The notes beneath the pieces were generated by a model, which searched no databases, was not told the origin of the DNA, and saw nothing but the letters and a program-made list of their open reading frames with translations. The translations under genes were made by a program, and so were the position numbers. Below, piece after piece: positions 1 through 8,815 of a stretch of 64,000 bases of DNA; position 1 is the stretch's first letter, and every line of letters starts with the position of its first letter. The DNA is taken from positions 5,458 through 69,457 of the forward strand of contig CALXHB010000025.1 in assembly GCA_944387995.1 (NCBI GenBank), in the 5' to 3' direction. Origin of the DNA: an uncultured Clostridia bacterium. GTDB lineage: Bacteria; Bacillota; Clostridia; Oscillospirales; Ruminococcaceae.

Positions 1-971
1 CCCTTGTCCATGCCGATCAGCGGCCGCAGAACCACCAGCGGCGTTGCGCTGTCGGTGCAGTGGAGGGCTTCCAGCGTCTGGGAAGCCACCTGAGCCAGGC
101 TCTCGCCGGTAATCAGCGCCTCAATTTCCTTCTGCTGGGCCAGACGGGTCGCCACCCGCATCATCATCCGCCGCATCATGACGGTAAAGAGTTCCTCGGG
201 GCAGTGGGCCTTCAGTGCCTCCTGCATCTCGGTAAAGGGGACGCAGTAGAACTGAATCCGGCCGGTATAGGGGGTCAGTTTTTCGCACAAAGTCTCCACC
301 TTTTCCAACGCCCGCTCACTGGTGTACGGAGGGCTCTGGAAATGGACCGCCGACAGGGAAAGCCCACGCTTAGCCATCATATAAGCCGCTACCGGGGAAT
401 CAATGCCGCCGGAAATGAGAATCATCGCCTCGCCGGAGGAGGAAACTGGCATACCACCGGCGCCGGGAATGCTGCCGGCGTGGATATACGCGCCCTTGTC
501 CCGGATTTCCACCATGACGGTGATGTCGGGGTTGTGGACATCCACCTTCAACCGATGGAACCGGCTGAGGATTTTGCCGCCCACCTGGGCCGCAATCTCG
601 GGGGACTTTAAGGGAAATTGCTTGTCCGAGCGCTTGGCTTCTACCTTAAAGGTCTTGGCGTCGAACAGAGCGTTTTCAATATAATCGCAGACGTGTTCCA
701 GGATGTCCTCCATATCCTTCTGGAGGACAATGGCCCGGGAGATGGAGGCAATGCCGAACACATGGCGCAGCGCTTCGATGGCCCCGTCAAAGTCGTAAAA
801 TTCGCTGTCCTCGGGGTCGATATAGATGGTCGACTGCATACAGCTGATCTTGACCTTGCCAAAATCCCGGAGCCGCCATTTGATGTTGCGCATTAGCACC
901 TCTTCAAACCGCCGCCGGTTGAGGCCCTTCAAGGCGATTTCGCCGTTTTTTGCGAGGATAATTTCTTTCAT
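1..971 (-). CDS. thiI: tRNA 4-thiouridine synthase ThiI, C-terminal part cut by the left window edge
   Basis: Open minus-strand frame from ATG at 969-971; it is absent from the ORF track because it runs off the edge. It reads MKEIILAKNGEIALKGLNRRRFE... and later has the PP-loop ILISGGIDSPVAAY. It lies directly downstream of a cysteine desulfurase gene. Confidence 0.8.
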   Translation of the reverse strand, partial: MKEIILAKNGEIALKGLNRRRFEEVLMRNIKWRLRDFGKVKISCMQSTIYIDPEDSEFYDFDGAIEALRHVFGIASISRAIVLQKDMEDILEHVCDYIENALFDAKTFKVEAKRSDKQFPLKSPEIAAQVGGKILSRFHRLKVDVHNPDITVMVEIRDKGAYIHAGSIPGAGGMPVSSSGEAMILISGGIDSPVAAYMMAKRGLSLSAVHFQSPPYTSERALEKVETLCEKLTPYTGRIQFYCVPFTEMQEALKAHCPEELFTVMMRRMMMRVATRLAQQKEIEALITGESLAQVASQTLEALHCTDSATPLVVLRPLIGMDK

Positions 972-1036
972 GTACCTTTGCCTTTCTATATCTGCCGGCA
1001 TCTCAAAGGAAAGCCGGATTTTGTTATATGAACCGT

Positions 1037-2179
1037 TTACCCGTTCACCACGGCTCCCAGCCGGTCGGTGACTTCTTTTAACGCCTGCGCAAACGCTTCG
1101 ATCTCCTCCCCGGTGGTCTCCCGGGAGAAGCTCACCCGCAGAGCCGAACGAATCCGTTCATCCGGCAGGTGGAAGGCTTTCAGCACCCCGCTGAGCGCCC
1201 CCTTGGAACAGGCCGAGCCGGAGGAAACATAAACGCTCTTTTCCTCCAGGGCGTGAAGCATCACTTCGGAAGGGATACCGGGCACCGACAGGTTGATAAT
1301 ATGGGGACAGCCGTTTTCCGGCGAGTTGATGACAACCCCCGGGATCTCCTTCACCAGCGAACGGACCTGGTTCTGCCGTTCCCGGTAGTTGCGCATAATT
1401 TCCGACTGATGCGCTTTAATCATAGTCAGCGCCGCGCCAAGCCCTGCAATCGCCGGAACCGCTTCGGTGCCCGGACGGATGGCCTTTTCCTGCCCGCCGC
1501 CGTACTCCACCGGCAGAATCCGCAGCCCTTTGCGAATATACAACCCGCCGATGCCTTTGGGAGCGTACAGTTTATGCCCCGAGAAGGAGAAAAGGTCAAC
1601 CCCCAGCCGTTCAGGATGGAAGGGAAGTTTGGTGAACCCCTGGACCCCGTCGATGTGAATCAAAAGGTCCGGGAACCGCTTTTTCAGGGCCGGAACCACC
1701 TTTTCATAAGGGAGAATGGTGCCCAGCTCATTATTGACCATCATAAAGGTCAGCAGCACGGTGTCGGCGTCCACCGCCTCTAAAAAGTCTTCGGGATCAA
1801 ACTGTCCGTTTGCCCGGGGTGCCACCCGTTTGACGGTGTAACCGCTCTTTTCCAGCATCGAAACCGTTTCCCCCACCGAAGGGTGTTCAACCGTGGTGGT
1901 GACGATGGTTTTGCCCATCCGGGCCCTGGCGCGGACCGCTCCCTGAATCGCGATGTTGTTGGAATCGGTGGCCCCGCCAGTCAGATAGATACAGCCATAA
2001 TCACACCCCAGCAGCGCCGCAGCAGCCTTTCGCGTCCCGGTCAGAATCCGTTCCGCCCTCAATCCCATCCGGTGGAGGGAAGAGGGGTTACCGTAATCCT
2101 CTACCATCGCCTTCATTGCCGCTTCCGCCGCTTCCGGACAGACCTTTGTCGTCGCACAGTTATCCAGATAGATCTCCAA
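1037..2179 (-). CDS. cysteine desulfurase (NifS/IscS family, PLP-dependent)
   Basis: 380 aa. N-terminus xEIYLDNCATT, SFSGHKLYAPKGIGG (PLP-lysine region) and SSGSACS active-site Cys loop. TTG start with a GGGGAAAGGG RBS. Confidence 0.85.
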   Translation of the reverse strand: MEIYLDNCATTKVCPEAAEAAMKAMVEDYGNPSSLHRMGLRAERILTGTRKAAAALLGCDYGCIYLTGGATDSNNIAIQGAVRARARMGKTIVTTTVEHPSVGETVSMLEKSGYTVKRVAPRANGQFDPEDFLEAVDADTVLLTFMMVNNELGTILPYEKVVPALKKRFPDLLIHIDGVQGFTKLPFHPERLGVDLFSFSGHKLYAPKGIGGLYIRKGLRILPVEYGGGQEKAIRPGTEAVPAIAGLGAALTMIKAHQSEIMRNYRERQNQVRSLVKEIPGVVINSPENGCPHIINLSVPGIPSEVMLHALEEKSVYVSSGSACSKGALSGVLKAFHLPDERIRSALRVSFSRETTGEEIEAFAQALKEVTDRLGAVVNG

Positions 2180-2339
2180 AAACCCTTTCCCCTTTTTCAG
2201 AATCAGTCAACTGGGGATACAAACCCAGTATTAAAGTCATTATACAACATTTCTCCCGGCTTTTCCATAGGTTTTGCAAAATAACCGTCCCTTTCCAAAA
2301 TTTTTTTCTCGATTGGCAGGGAAAATCCAAAAAAAGGGG

Positions 2340-2368
2340 TTGACATTCGGCTTTTCCGGTGATATAAT
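2340..2368 (+). promoter_or_regulatory. sigma-70-type promoter for tRNA-Ser
   Basis: TTGACA (2340-2345), 17-nt spacer, TATAAT (2363-2368), about 36 nt upstream of the tRNA. Confidence 0.6.
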
Positions 2369-2404
2369 AACTATCGTTGCAGCGCGAGAGCGCGAAAATA
2401 ATAT

Positions 2405-2497
2405 GGAGAAGTCGCCTAGCTTGGTTTATGGCGCACGACTGGAACTCGTGTATGGGTTAATAGCTCATCGAGGGTTCGAATCCCTCCTTCTCCGCCA
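2405..2497 (+). tRNA. tRNA-Ser (anticodon GGA), CCA encoded
   Basis: Cloverleaf read by eye: acceptor GGAGAAG/CTTCTCC, anticodon stem CACGA/TCGTG with loop CTGGAAC, long variable arm, T-arm GAGGG-TTCGAAT-CCCTC. Confidence 0.9.
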
Positions 2498-2500
2498 CAA

Positions 2501-2540
2501 AAAGAGGTATTACGCTTTGACGTAGTACCTCTTTTTTCGT
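2501..2540 (+). terminator. intrinsic terminator after tRNA-Ser
   Basis: Hairpin AGAGGTATTACG / CGTAGTACCTCT followed by a T-run. Confidence 0.7.
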
Positions 2541-2633
2541 TCATGCCTCTTTTGAGGGATTCGAACGGGCGCGGTACTGAATGACAGCCCGGTGGGCTGT
2601 CAGAGCCGCGGCCTGGCCCGCCCGCTGGCGGGG

Positions 2634-2698
2634 CGAATCCCTCCTTCTCCGCCACAAAAAGAGGTATTACGTTCTTACGTAGTACCTCTTTTTTCGTT
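2634..2698 (+). repeat. second copy of the tRNA-Ser 3' end (T-loop half, acceptor, CCA) plus its terminator; direct repeat of 2477-2541
   Basis: The two 65-nt stretches are identical except for 3 positions in the terminator loop (GCTTTGACG versus GTTCTTACG). No matching tRNA 5' half lies upstream. Confidence 0.85.
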
Positions 2699-2724
2699 GC
2701 TACCTTCTTTAAAGGAGACACCCT

Positions 2725-3333
2725 ATGCTCAACCATCAAGGCACCCGAACGCTGGAAACCCGGCGGCTGATTCTCCGCCGCTTTGTCCCCGGCGACCTCC
2801 ACCAGATCTACCAAAACTGCTGGAGCGATTACGAAGTTTGGAAATGGACCAGCTATGCCCCGATGCAGACCGAACAGGCGGTCATCACGTCGGCGGAAAT
2901 GTTCACCGACCGGTGGCTGAACGCCTACGAAAGACCCAACCGGTACAGCTGGGCCATCACCTTAAAGGACACCGGAGAAGTCATCGGCCGTTTTTTCGGC
3001 ATGCATCCGGACGACCGGGTGGGACAAGTGGAACTGGCCTACGAACTGGGGAGAAACTGGTGGAACCAGGGCCTAATGACCGAAGCTGTCCAGGCGGTCA
3101 TCGACTATTTCTTTACCGTAGTTGGTTTTAACCGCATTTACGCCTTCCATGCCCCAGAAAACCCCGCCTCCGGCGGGGTGATGCAGAAATGCGGCATGAC
3201 CCGGGAAGGAACCCTTCGCCAGGCGGAAAGATGCAATTACGGCATCGTCGACGCGGTGGTGTACAGCATATTGTCCAGCGAATACCGGCGGCTCTCTCCA
3301 ATCTCCCCTGAAAACGACCCCGTCAACGATTGA
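2725..3333 (+). CDS. GNAT family N-acetyltransferase (RimJ/RimL-like)
   Basis: 202 aa. TRRLILRRF start region and ELAYELGRNWWNQGLMTEA...GGVMQKCGMTREG pattern typical of RimJ/L-type GNATs. AAAGGAG RBS before ATG 2725. Confidence 0.75.
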   Translation: MLNHQGTRTLETRRLILRRFVPGDLHQIYQNCWSDYEVWKWTSYAPMQTEQAVITSAEMFTDRWLNAYERPNRYSWAITLKDTGEVIGRFFGMHPDDRVGQVELAYELGRNWWNQGLMTEAVQAVIDYFFTVVGFNRIYAFHAPENPASGGVMQKCGMTREGTLRQAERCNYGIVDAVVYSILSSEYRRLSPISPENDPVND

Positions 3334-3339
3334 AAGGAC

Positions 3340-3717
3340 GTGATTTCCTTGACGTCTCAGGACAACCCCTTCACCCTTTCCCTTAGGCTGCGTATCTTTA
3401 AAGGAGAACTGGTCTTCGGGCCGGGAATCGCGGAGCTGATGGAGAATATCCAAAAAACCGGTTCCCTCTCGGCCGCCTGCAAACAGATGGGCATGGCCTA
3501 CTCCAAAGGCTGGAAGATCATCCGCCGGGCCGAGGACGCTTTAAACTATCCGCTGATCGAAGGGGTCCGGGGCGGACCTGGCGGCGGAAACACCTCCCTG
3601 ACAGCAAAAGGAGCGGATTTCCTCGCCCGTTACCGGGAGATGGAATCCGCCCTCTGTGCCGACGCGGACAAGCTGTTTGCCCGTTATTTTCCGGAATCAA
3701 AAGAGAATAACCCCTAA
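3340..3717 (+). CDS. ModE-N/LysR-like winged-helix regulator (stand-alone N-terminal domain)
   Basis: GSLSAACKQMGMAYSKGWKIIRRAEDALNYPLIEGVRGGPGGGNTSLTAKGADFL matches the ModE N-terminal HTH pattern. The start is uncertain (GTG 3340 or TTG 3349). Confidence 0.65.
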   Translation: MISLTSQDNPFTLSLRLRIFKGELVFGPGIAELMENIQKTGSLSAACKQMGMAYSKGWKIIRRAEDALNYPLIEGVRGGPGGGNTSLTAKGADFLARYREMESALCADADKLFARYFPESKENNP

Positions 3718-3726
3718 ACACCGAAA

Positions 3727-4335
3727 TTACTCCATTTCGAGATCATCCTCTTCCGCGTCTTCAATCCGAATTTTAACCGTCTCGGTGGTGGCCTTTTTCT
3801 CCGGCGGCGGGGATTCCTCCAGCTGCTCCTGTTCCTTTAAAAACGCCGGGGGAACATAGATAAACCCTTCGTCATCCTTATCGTCCTTCTCATCCCGCAG
3901 TTCCTTGGTGAAGCAGATAATCCGGCTGGCCTCCGAAAATCCCACCCCCAGGTGGAAATCGTAGCTTTCGATGTTGTCCACCGCGCAGTCGCTGGCAAAT
4001 TCGGTGCAGCCCCTAGCTTTGGCCCAGTTTTCACAGCAGCGCAACAGGCTTCCGGCGATCCCTTTCCGCCGGTAATCAGGCAGTACATAAATGCCCTCCA
4101 GGTAGCCTACCGGGCCTCCCGACGTTCCCTCTACATACTCTCTCCGGATGGAACATTCCGCCACTCCCGCCGGCCGTCGATTATAGTAAGCTAGATAGAC
4201 GGCGACGCCGTCTTTTTCGATGGCCTCGGCAATTTCTTCCCGCAGTTCTTCGTATACATGTTCCGGCCAAAGCCGCATAAAAAATTCAGTCGTAAGGTCA
4301 ATGTCGGCTTCTCCGGCCTGGCGGATTGACAGCAT
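3727..4335 (-). CDS. GNAT acetyltransferase, AAC(6')-I-like core with an acidic C-terminal extension
   Basis: VGYLEGIYVLPDYRRKGIAGSLL...WAKARGCTEFASDCAVDNIESYDFHLGVGF resembles aminoglycoside 6'-N-acetyltransferase type I. The last ~55 aa are D/E/K-rich. Confidence 0.55.
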   Translation of the reverse strand: MLSIRQAGEADIDLTTEFFMRLWPEHVYEELREEIAEAIEKDGVAVYLAYYNRRPAGVAECSIRREYVEGTSGGPVGYLEGIYVLPDYRRKGIAGSLLRCCENWAKARGCTEFASDCAVDNIESYDFHLGVGFSEASRIICFTKELRDEKDDKDDEGFIYVPPAFLKEQEQLEESPPPEKKATTETVKIRIEDAEEDDLEME

Positions 4336-4499
4336 AATCTTCTTCCCCTTTCTCCGCCTTCAAGCGGTCCACTTTTTTTATAATCAGGATACCATAAGAG
4401 GGCGAGAAATGCAAGAAGAGAGGGTAAATTTGCAGGAAAAGCAAAAAGTTCCGTCAAAAAAAGCATAAAAGTCTTACCTGCTATTCAATCTTTTTTAAA

Positions 4500-4532
4500 A
4501 TACGTCGTGCGTTTTGCACGGCGTATTTTTTT
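4500..4532. terminator. orphan hairpin terminator between divergent genes
   Basis: ATACGTCGTGC / GCACGGCGTAT stem flanked by an A-run (4497-4500) and a T-run (4526-4532). Confidence 0.55.
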
Positions 4533-4583
4533 GCAGTTTTCTGCGAAAAAATAGCGGAAATCTGCGCTATTTGGGAAATGCTA

Positions 4584-4612
4584 TTGACGGATGTTTGGAA
4601 AGTTGTTATATT
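4584..4612 (+). promoter_or_regulatory. sigma-70-type promoter for the esterase gene
   Basis: TTGACG, 17-nt spacer, TATATT. Confidence 0.5.
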
Positions 4613-4693
4613 CTGAGTAAAGACTTATCAAAAGTTTTATCTGAATTTTTATTTGAGTTGACTGCCTGACAGCAGATCAAGGAGGTATTCCCC

Positions 4694-5680
4694 ATGTACG
4701 AAATCACCGAACAATCCACCCTTCGGGAAATCCGCAAAATCCCGGAATTCCAGGACTTTGCCCCCTTTATCATGTTCAACAATCAGGCGCCGGGGGAAGA
4801 CCCAGTCAACCCCACGCTAGACCCAGAAGATTTTACCCTCAAAAGTTCGCCGGTCACCGGCGCTGTGGAGGGACTGCTAAAACTGCGGGAGTATGTCCAG
4901 GCAGGAATCCGGGTCGCTTATGATATCTACTCCCCCGAAGAGAAGGCCGAAGAGCCCGATAAAAATAACACCAAACTGATCTATATGCCGGGCAAGGCGG
5001 GCGCTCCCTTTGTACTGGTCTGTGCAGGCGGTGCATACGCTACGGTTTGTTCCTTCTTGGAGGCCTTCCCCACCGCCAAACGGTTAAACGATATGGGGTA
5101 TAACGCCTTTGTTTTAAGCTACCGGGTGCATGAAGTGCCCCTCATCCCGAAACCCACCGAAGACGTCGCGGCGGCGCTTAAGTTTATCTTTGCCCACGCC
5201 GATGATTTTAAGGTCAGCCCCGAAAACTACGCGGTGTGCGGCTTCTCTGCCGGCGGACATCTGACTGGCAGTTGGGGCACCAAGACGCTGGGGTATCCCC
5301 GCTTTGGCGCCAAAAAGCCCGCTGCTCTCTTTGTCTGCTACGGGGCCAGCAGGGGTGAAAAACCAAAAGATGGTAAACTCAGTCCCTTTACCCGCACGAT
5401 GATTGGCGATAACCCCTCTCCCGAAGCGATAAACGCAATTGACGTTACCGCCAATATTGATTCCGATTATCCTCCCACCTTCCTCTGGCACTGCAAGGAT
5501 GACCCAATGGTTCCCTACCAAGCTGCGGTAGATATGAACACGGCACTGGAAAAAGCAGGTGTCTCCCACGAGCTGATGCTGGTGGAAAAGGGCGGCCATG
5601 GCATCGGTATCGGTGACAACACTCTCGCCGCCGGATGGCTTCAGAAAGCGGTTGCATTTTGGCAGTCAGTCTCCAAATAA
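4694..5680 (+). CDS. alpha/beta hydrolase (esterase/lipase type)
   Basis: 328 aa. Nucleophile elbow GFSAGGH, downstream D and H (KGGHGIG). AAGGAGG RBS. Confidence 0.7.
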   Translation: MYEITEQSTLREIRKIPEFQDFAPFIMFNNQAPGEDPVNPTLDPEDFTLKSSPVTGAVEGLLKLREYVQAGIRVAYDIYSPEEKAEEPDKNNTKLIYMPGKAGAPFVLVCAGGAYATVCSFLEAFPTAKRLNDMGYNAFVLSYRVHEVPLIPKPTEDVAAALKFIFAHADDFKVSPENYAVCGFSAGGHLTGSWGTKTLGYPRFGAKKPAALFVCYGASRGEKPKDGKLSPFTRTMIGDNPSPEAINAIDVTANIDSDYPPTFLWHCKDDPMVPYQAAVDMNTALEKAGVSHELMLVEKGGHGIGIGDNTLAAGWLQKAVAFWQSVSK

Positions 5681-5771
5681 AATTTCCTTTCTGGCTACAC
5701 TTTCCTCTGTTATAAAAGGTTGTAAAACCAACAACCAATTTCTTAGTTTTTATAGAAAGAAGGCTCACCCC

Positions 5772-7388
5772 ATGAAAAAACGTATCTTTGCCGCCCTTTT
5801 AGCCACCATGAGCACTGCCGCTCTCCTCTGTGCCTGCAACGACACTGATTCCTCTAACTCCGAAACTTCCACCCCGGAAAGCTCCACCTCTACCTCTGCC
5901 GAAGAATCCTCTTCCGCAGAAGCGAGTGAGTCCTCTGCCTCTACCGACTGGGCAGCCCAAGCCATCGCTGACCGGACCGAAACTACCCATCTGGTGGTCA
6001 ACTGGTTCGCCTGGACGGGCTCTCCCGAAGGGCTGGACCGGATTGTGGAAGAGATGAACGCCCTGACCCTGCCGGCTCTGAACATCGACGTCGAGATGCA
6101 GGTAACCGACCTCTCCCAGCGCAACCAGGCCCTTACGCTGGCCTTCGCCGGCGGCGAACAGGTGGACCTCTATTATTCCACCGGCCTGGGTCTGACCACT
6201 TCGGTGCAGAACGGCTACGCCCTTGACCTGGAACAGGATGACGGCAACGGCAACAATCTGATCGAAACCTATGGCCAGGACATCATCGACACGATGGGCT
6301 GGGATAACCTCAACACCTCCCGGGTCAGCGGCATCCTCTACGGCACCCCCAATGAACGGGACCTGGCTCAGGGCCGCAACGCCATCATGGTCCGCAAAGA
6401 TATCCTCAAAGAGGCGGAAGCCTGTATGGATCTGACCCCTGATTACGACCAGATCATCTGGAAGGTAGACAGCCTCGACGACGTCGTCACCGTCCTCAAA
6501 GCGATGCACGACGCGGTACCGGACATCACCACCTATCAGCCTTCGACCATGAACGCGGTAGGCTGGACCAACGTCGACAACCTCGGCGGGGATTCTTTCG
6601 GCGTACTAGAGAATTGGGGCGAAGGGACGACTGTCGTCAACTACTTTGAAACCGACGCCTACAAATCCTACGTCCAGACGATGTACGATCTCAACCAGTA
6701 TGGCTGCATCAGCCCCAATGCCCTGACCGACACCACCGCTGACAGTGCCAACATGATGGCCGGTGCCCTGGCCTCCTTCTTTACCAGCGGCAAACCGGAT
6801 ATCGCCGTGGGCAAGGTGGGCGACTACGAAGTCATGGCCATCCAGGGCGGCCCCGACTTCACCAGCTCCTCCCAGATCGGCGGCATGTGCTGGATGATGG
6901 GCTACACCACCGTAGACCCGGTGGCGGCCATGCAGTACTTAAACTTTATGTACGCTTCTCCCGAATGGAACAACCTCTTCATGTGGGGCGTGGAAGGGAC
7001 CGACTACACCCTGGACAGCGACGGCCTGGTCGTTCCGGACGAAGAGGGCAACTTTAACCACGGCATGCAGTGGCTGGCGCCCTCTCAGTTTAAGGGATAT
7101 GTCAAGGAAGGCAACCCTGCTGACCTCTGGGAACAGTACGAGGCCTTCAACGAAGGGTCGATTGAATCGGTGGCCTCCGGCTTCACCTTTGACACCGCTC
7201 CGGTTTCGACCGAATACACCGCCGTCACCAACGTCTATAACCAGTATCAGAAGACGATTGAATTTGGTTTCGCCGATCCGGAAACTTCCATCGATGAGAT
7301 GAACGCGGCCATGAAGACCGCCGGACTGGACAAGATCATCGAAGAAAAGCAGCGTCAGCTGGATGAATGGCTGGCCCTGCAGGAATAA
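5772..7388 (+). CDS. extracellular solute-binding lipoprotein (ABC transporter family 1, sugar-type)
   Basis: Start refined to MKKRIFAALLATMSTAALLCAC (lipobox LLCAC), then a Ser/Thr/Glu-rich linker. Large SBP-like body of ~538 aa. Confidence 0.65.
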   Translation: MKKRIFAALLATMSTAALLCACNDTDSSNSETSTPESSTSTSAEESSSAEASESSASTDWAAQAIADRTETTHLVVNWFAWTGSPEGLDRIVEEMNALTLPALNIDVEMQVTDLSQRNQALTLAFAGGEQVDLYYSTGLGLTTSVQNGYALDLEQDDGNGNNLIETYGQDIIDTMGWDNLNTSRVSGILYGTPNERDLAQGRNAIMVRKDILKEAEACMDLTPDYDQIIWKVDSLDDVVTVLKAMHDAVPDITTYQPSTMNAVGWTNVDNLGGDSFGVLENWGEGTTVVNYFETDAYKSYVQTMYDLNQYGCISPNALTDTTADSANMMAGALASFFTSGKPDIAVGKVGDYEVMAIQGGPDFTSSSQIGGMCWMMGYTTVDPVAAMQYLNFMYASPEWNNLFMWGVEGTDYTLDSDGLVVPDEEGNFNHGMQWLAPSQFKGYVKEGNPADLWEQYEAFNEGSIESVASGFTFDTAPVSTEYTAVTNVYNQYQKTIEFGFADPETSIDEMNAAMKTAGLDKIIEEKQRQLDEWLALQE

Positions 7389-7416
7389 TTGCAACCTCCT
7401 CTCTCCAATAGCATAG

Positions 7417-7451
7417 AAAAAGCCGCCGGGGAAAACCTCGGCGGCTTTTTC
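7417..7451. terminator. bidirectional intrinsic terminator
   Basis: AAAAAGCCGCCGGGGAAAACCTCGGCGGCTTTTT lies between convergent genes. Confidence 0.75.
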
Positions 7452-7465
7452 GTATATCCAAAGGA

Positions 7466-8668
7466 TTATTTCGCGTTAAAGACGTACCGGTCCATCCGGT
7501 CCATCGCTTCCACCACCAGGCTGTGGGGAACGGCGAGGTTCAGACGAATGGCGTAGGGGCGGTTAAACGGACGGCCATCCTGCCAGATAACGCCCACTTC
7601 CGGACCCTTTTTCAACAGCTCGTCCATCTCGACCCCGTGGGCCTTGCACCAACCCTCGCAGTCGAGGTAGAGCATATAGGTGCCCTGGGGTTTAGCGAGG
7701 GTAACCCCTTCAAAGTGAGAAAGGATGTAGTCGTAAGCGTAGTTGACGTTATCGGTCAGCACTTCACAAAGCTCATCGACCCACTGTTCCCCTTCCGGCT
7801 TATAGGCGCCGATCAGGGCATGCATACTCAGAACATTCATCGAGTTATAATGGGTGCTGCGGGCCTCAGCGTCCAGCCGGTCACGCAGGTAGGGGTTATA
7901 AACGATGTGATAAGAGCCGATCAGACCGGCCAGATTGAAGGTCTTAGAGGGGGCATAAATGGCGATGGTGCGCTGACGGGCATCCTCGCTGACCGTCTGG
8001 GTGGGGATATGTTCATGTCCGCCCAGGATCAGATCGCTCCAGATCTCATCCGAAACGACGACACAGTCGTTTTTCCGATAGACTTCCATCGCCTTTTCGA
8101 TCTCTTCCTTTTCCCAAACCCGTCCGGTGGGGTTGTGGGGAGAGCAAAAGATGGCAAAATGAATGTGGTTTTCCTTGAGTTTCCGGTCCATGTCCTCGTA
8201 ATCCATCCGCCAGACGCCGTTTTCGTCCCGGTAAAGCTCACTGTGGACGATTTTGCGGCCGGCGTTATTGACGGTACCGGTAAAGCCGATGTAGGTGGGA
8301 GAGTGAAGAAGAATCGGCTCGCCGGGGGCAGTGAATGCCCGGAGAGCGGAGGCTACACACCCCAGTACCCCATTTTCATAGCCGATGGCCTCTTTGGTCA
8401 GGCCCTCAACCCCATGACGAATCTTCTGCCAACGGATGATCGAGTCAAAGTACGCATCCGAAGGGCTGAAATACCCAAAAGCCGGATGCTGTGCCCGTTT
8501 GATAACCTCTTCCACAATCGTCGGGACGGTCGGGAAGTTCATATCCGCCACCCACATCGGGATTTTGGAGAACCCTTCCTTGACCGTAACGCCAGGAATC
8601 GGGATGTTGTCAACGGCAATGGAATCTTTTCCCTTCCGGTCCATGATGGATGTAAAATCGTATTTCAT
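7466..8668 (-). CDS. PLP-dependent aminotransferase class I/II, MalY/PatB-type cystathionine beta-lyase
   Basis: Start refined to MKYDFTSIMDRKGKDS (typical PatB N-terminus). SPHNPTGRVW and YAPSKTFNLAG (PLP-Lys) motifs. Confidence 0.8.
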   Translation of the reverse strand: MKYDFTSIMDRKGKDSIAVDNIPIPGVTVKEGFSKIPMWVADMNFPTVPTIVEEVIKRAQHPAFGYFSPSDAYFDSIIRWQKIRHGVEGLTKEAIGYENGVLGCVASALRAFTAPGEPILLHSPTYIGFTGTVNNAGRKIVHSELYRDENGVWRMDYEDMDRKLKENHIHFAIFCSPHNPTGRVWEKEEIEKAMEVYRKNDCVVVSDEIWSDLILGGHEHIPTQTVSEDARQRTIAIYAPSKTFNLAGLIGSYHIVYNPYLRDRLDAEARSTHYNSMNVLSMHALIGAYKPEGEQWVDELCEVLTDNVNYAYDYILSHFEGVTLAKPQGTYMLYLDCEGWCKAHGVEMDELLKKGPEVGVIWQDGRPFNRPYAIRLNLAVPHSLVVEAMDRMDRYVFNAK

Positions 8669-8815
8669 CTTGGTAACTACCCCTTTCGTGACCAACGCGG
8701 AAAACCGCTTTCCCTCATTGTATCATATAGACAACCGGTTTTCAACGGTTTTAGACAAAAAACGAGAAAAGCGTTTAACCTGATAACCCTTTTTTCCGTC
8801 TCTTTGTACAGTCAA

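Noticed and set aside
2542-2633. Possible additional tRNA (for example tRNA-Sec or a tRNA-Ser isoacceptor) in the spacer before the second acceptor/CCA copy.
   Set aside because: No 5' acceptor strand complementary to CTTCTCC is present. No 7-nt anticodon loop is closed by a 5-bp stem, and no T-stem pairs on either strand. I kept it only as an unexplained structured insert.
2416-2814. 132-aa minus-strand ORF across the tRNA-Ser region.
   Set aside because: It is the antisense translation of the tRNA, its duplicate and the terminators (GGIRTLDE-type artefact).
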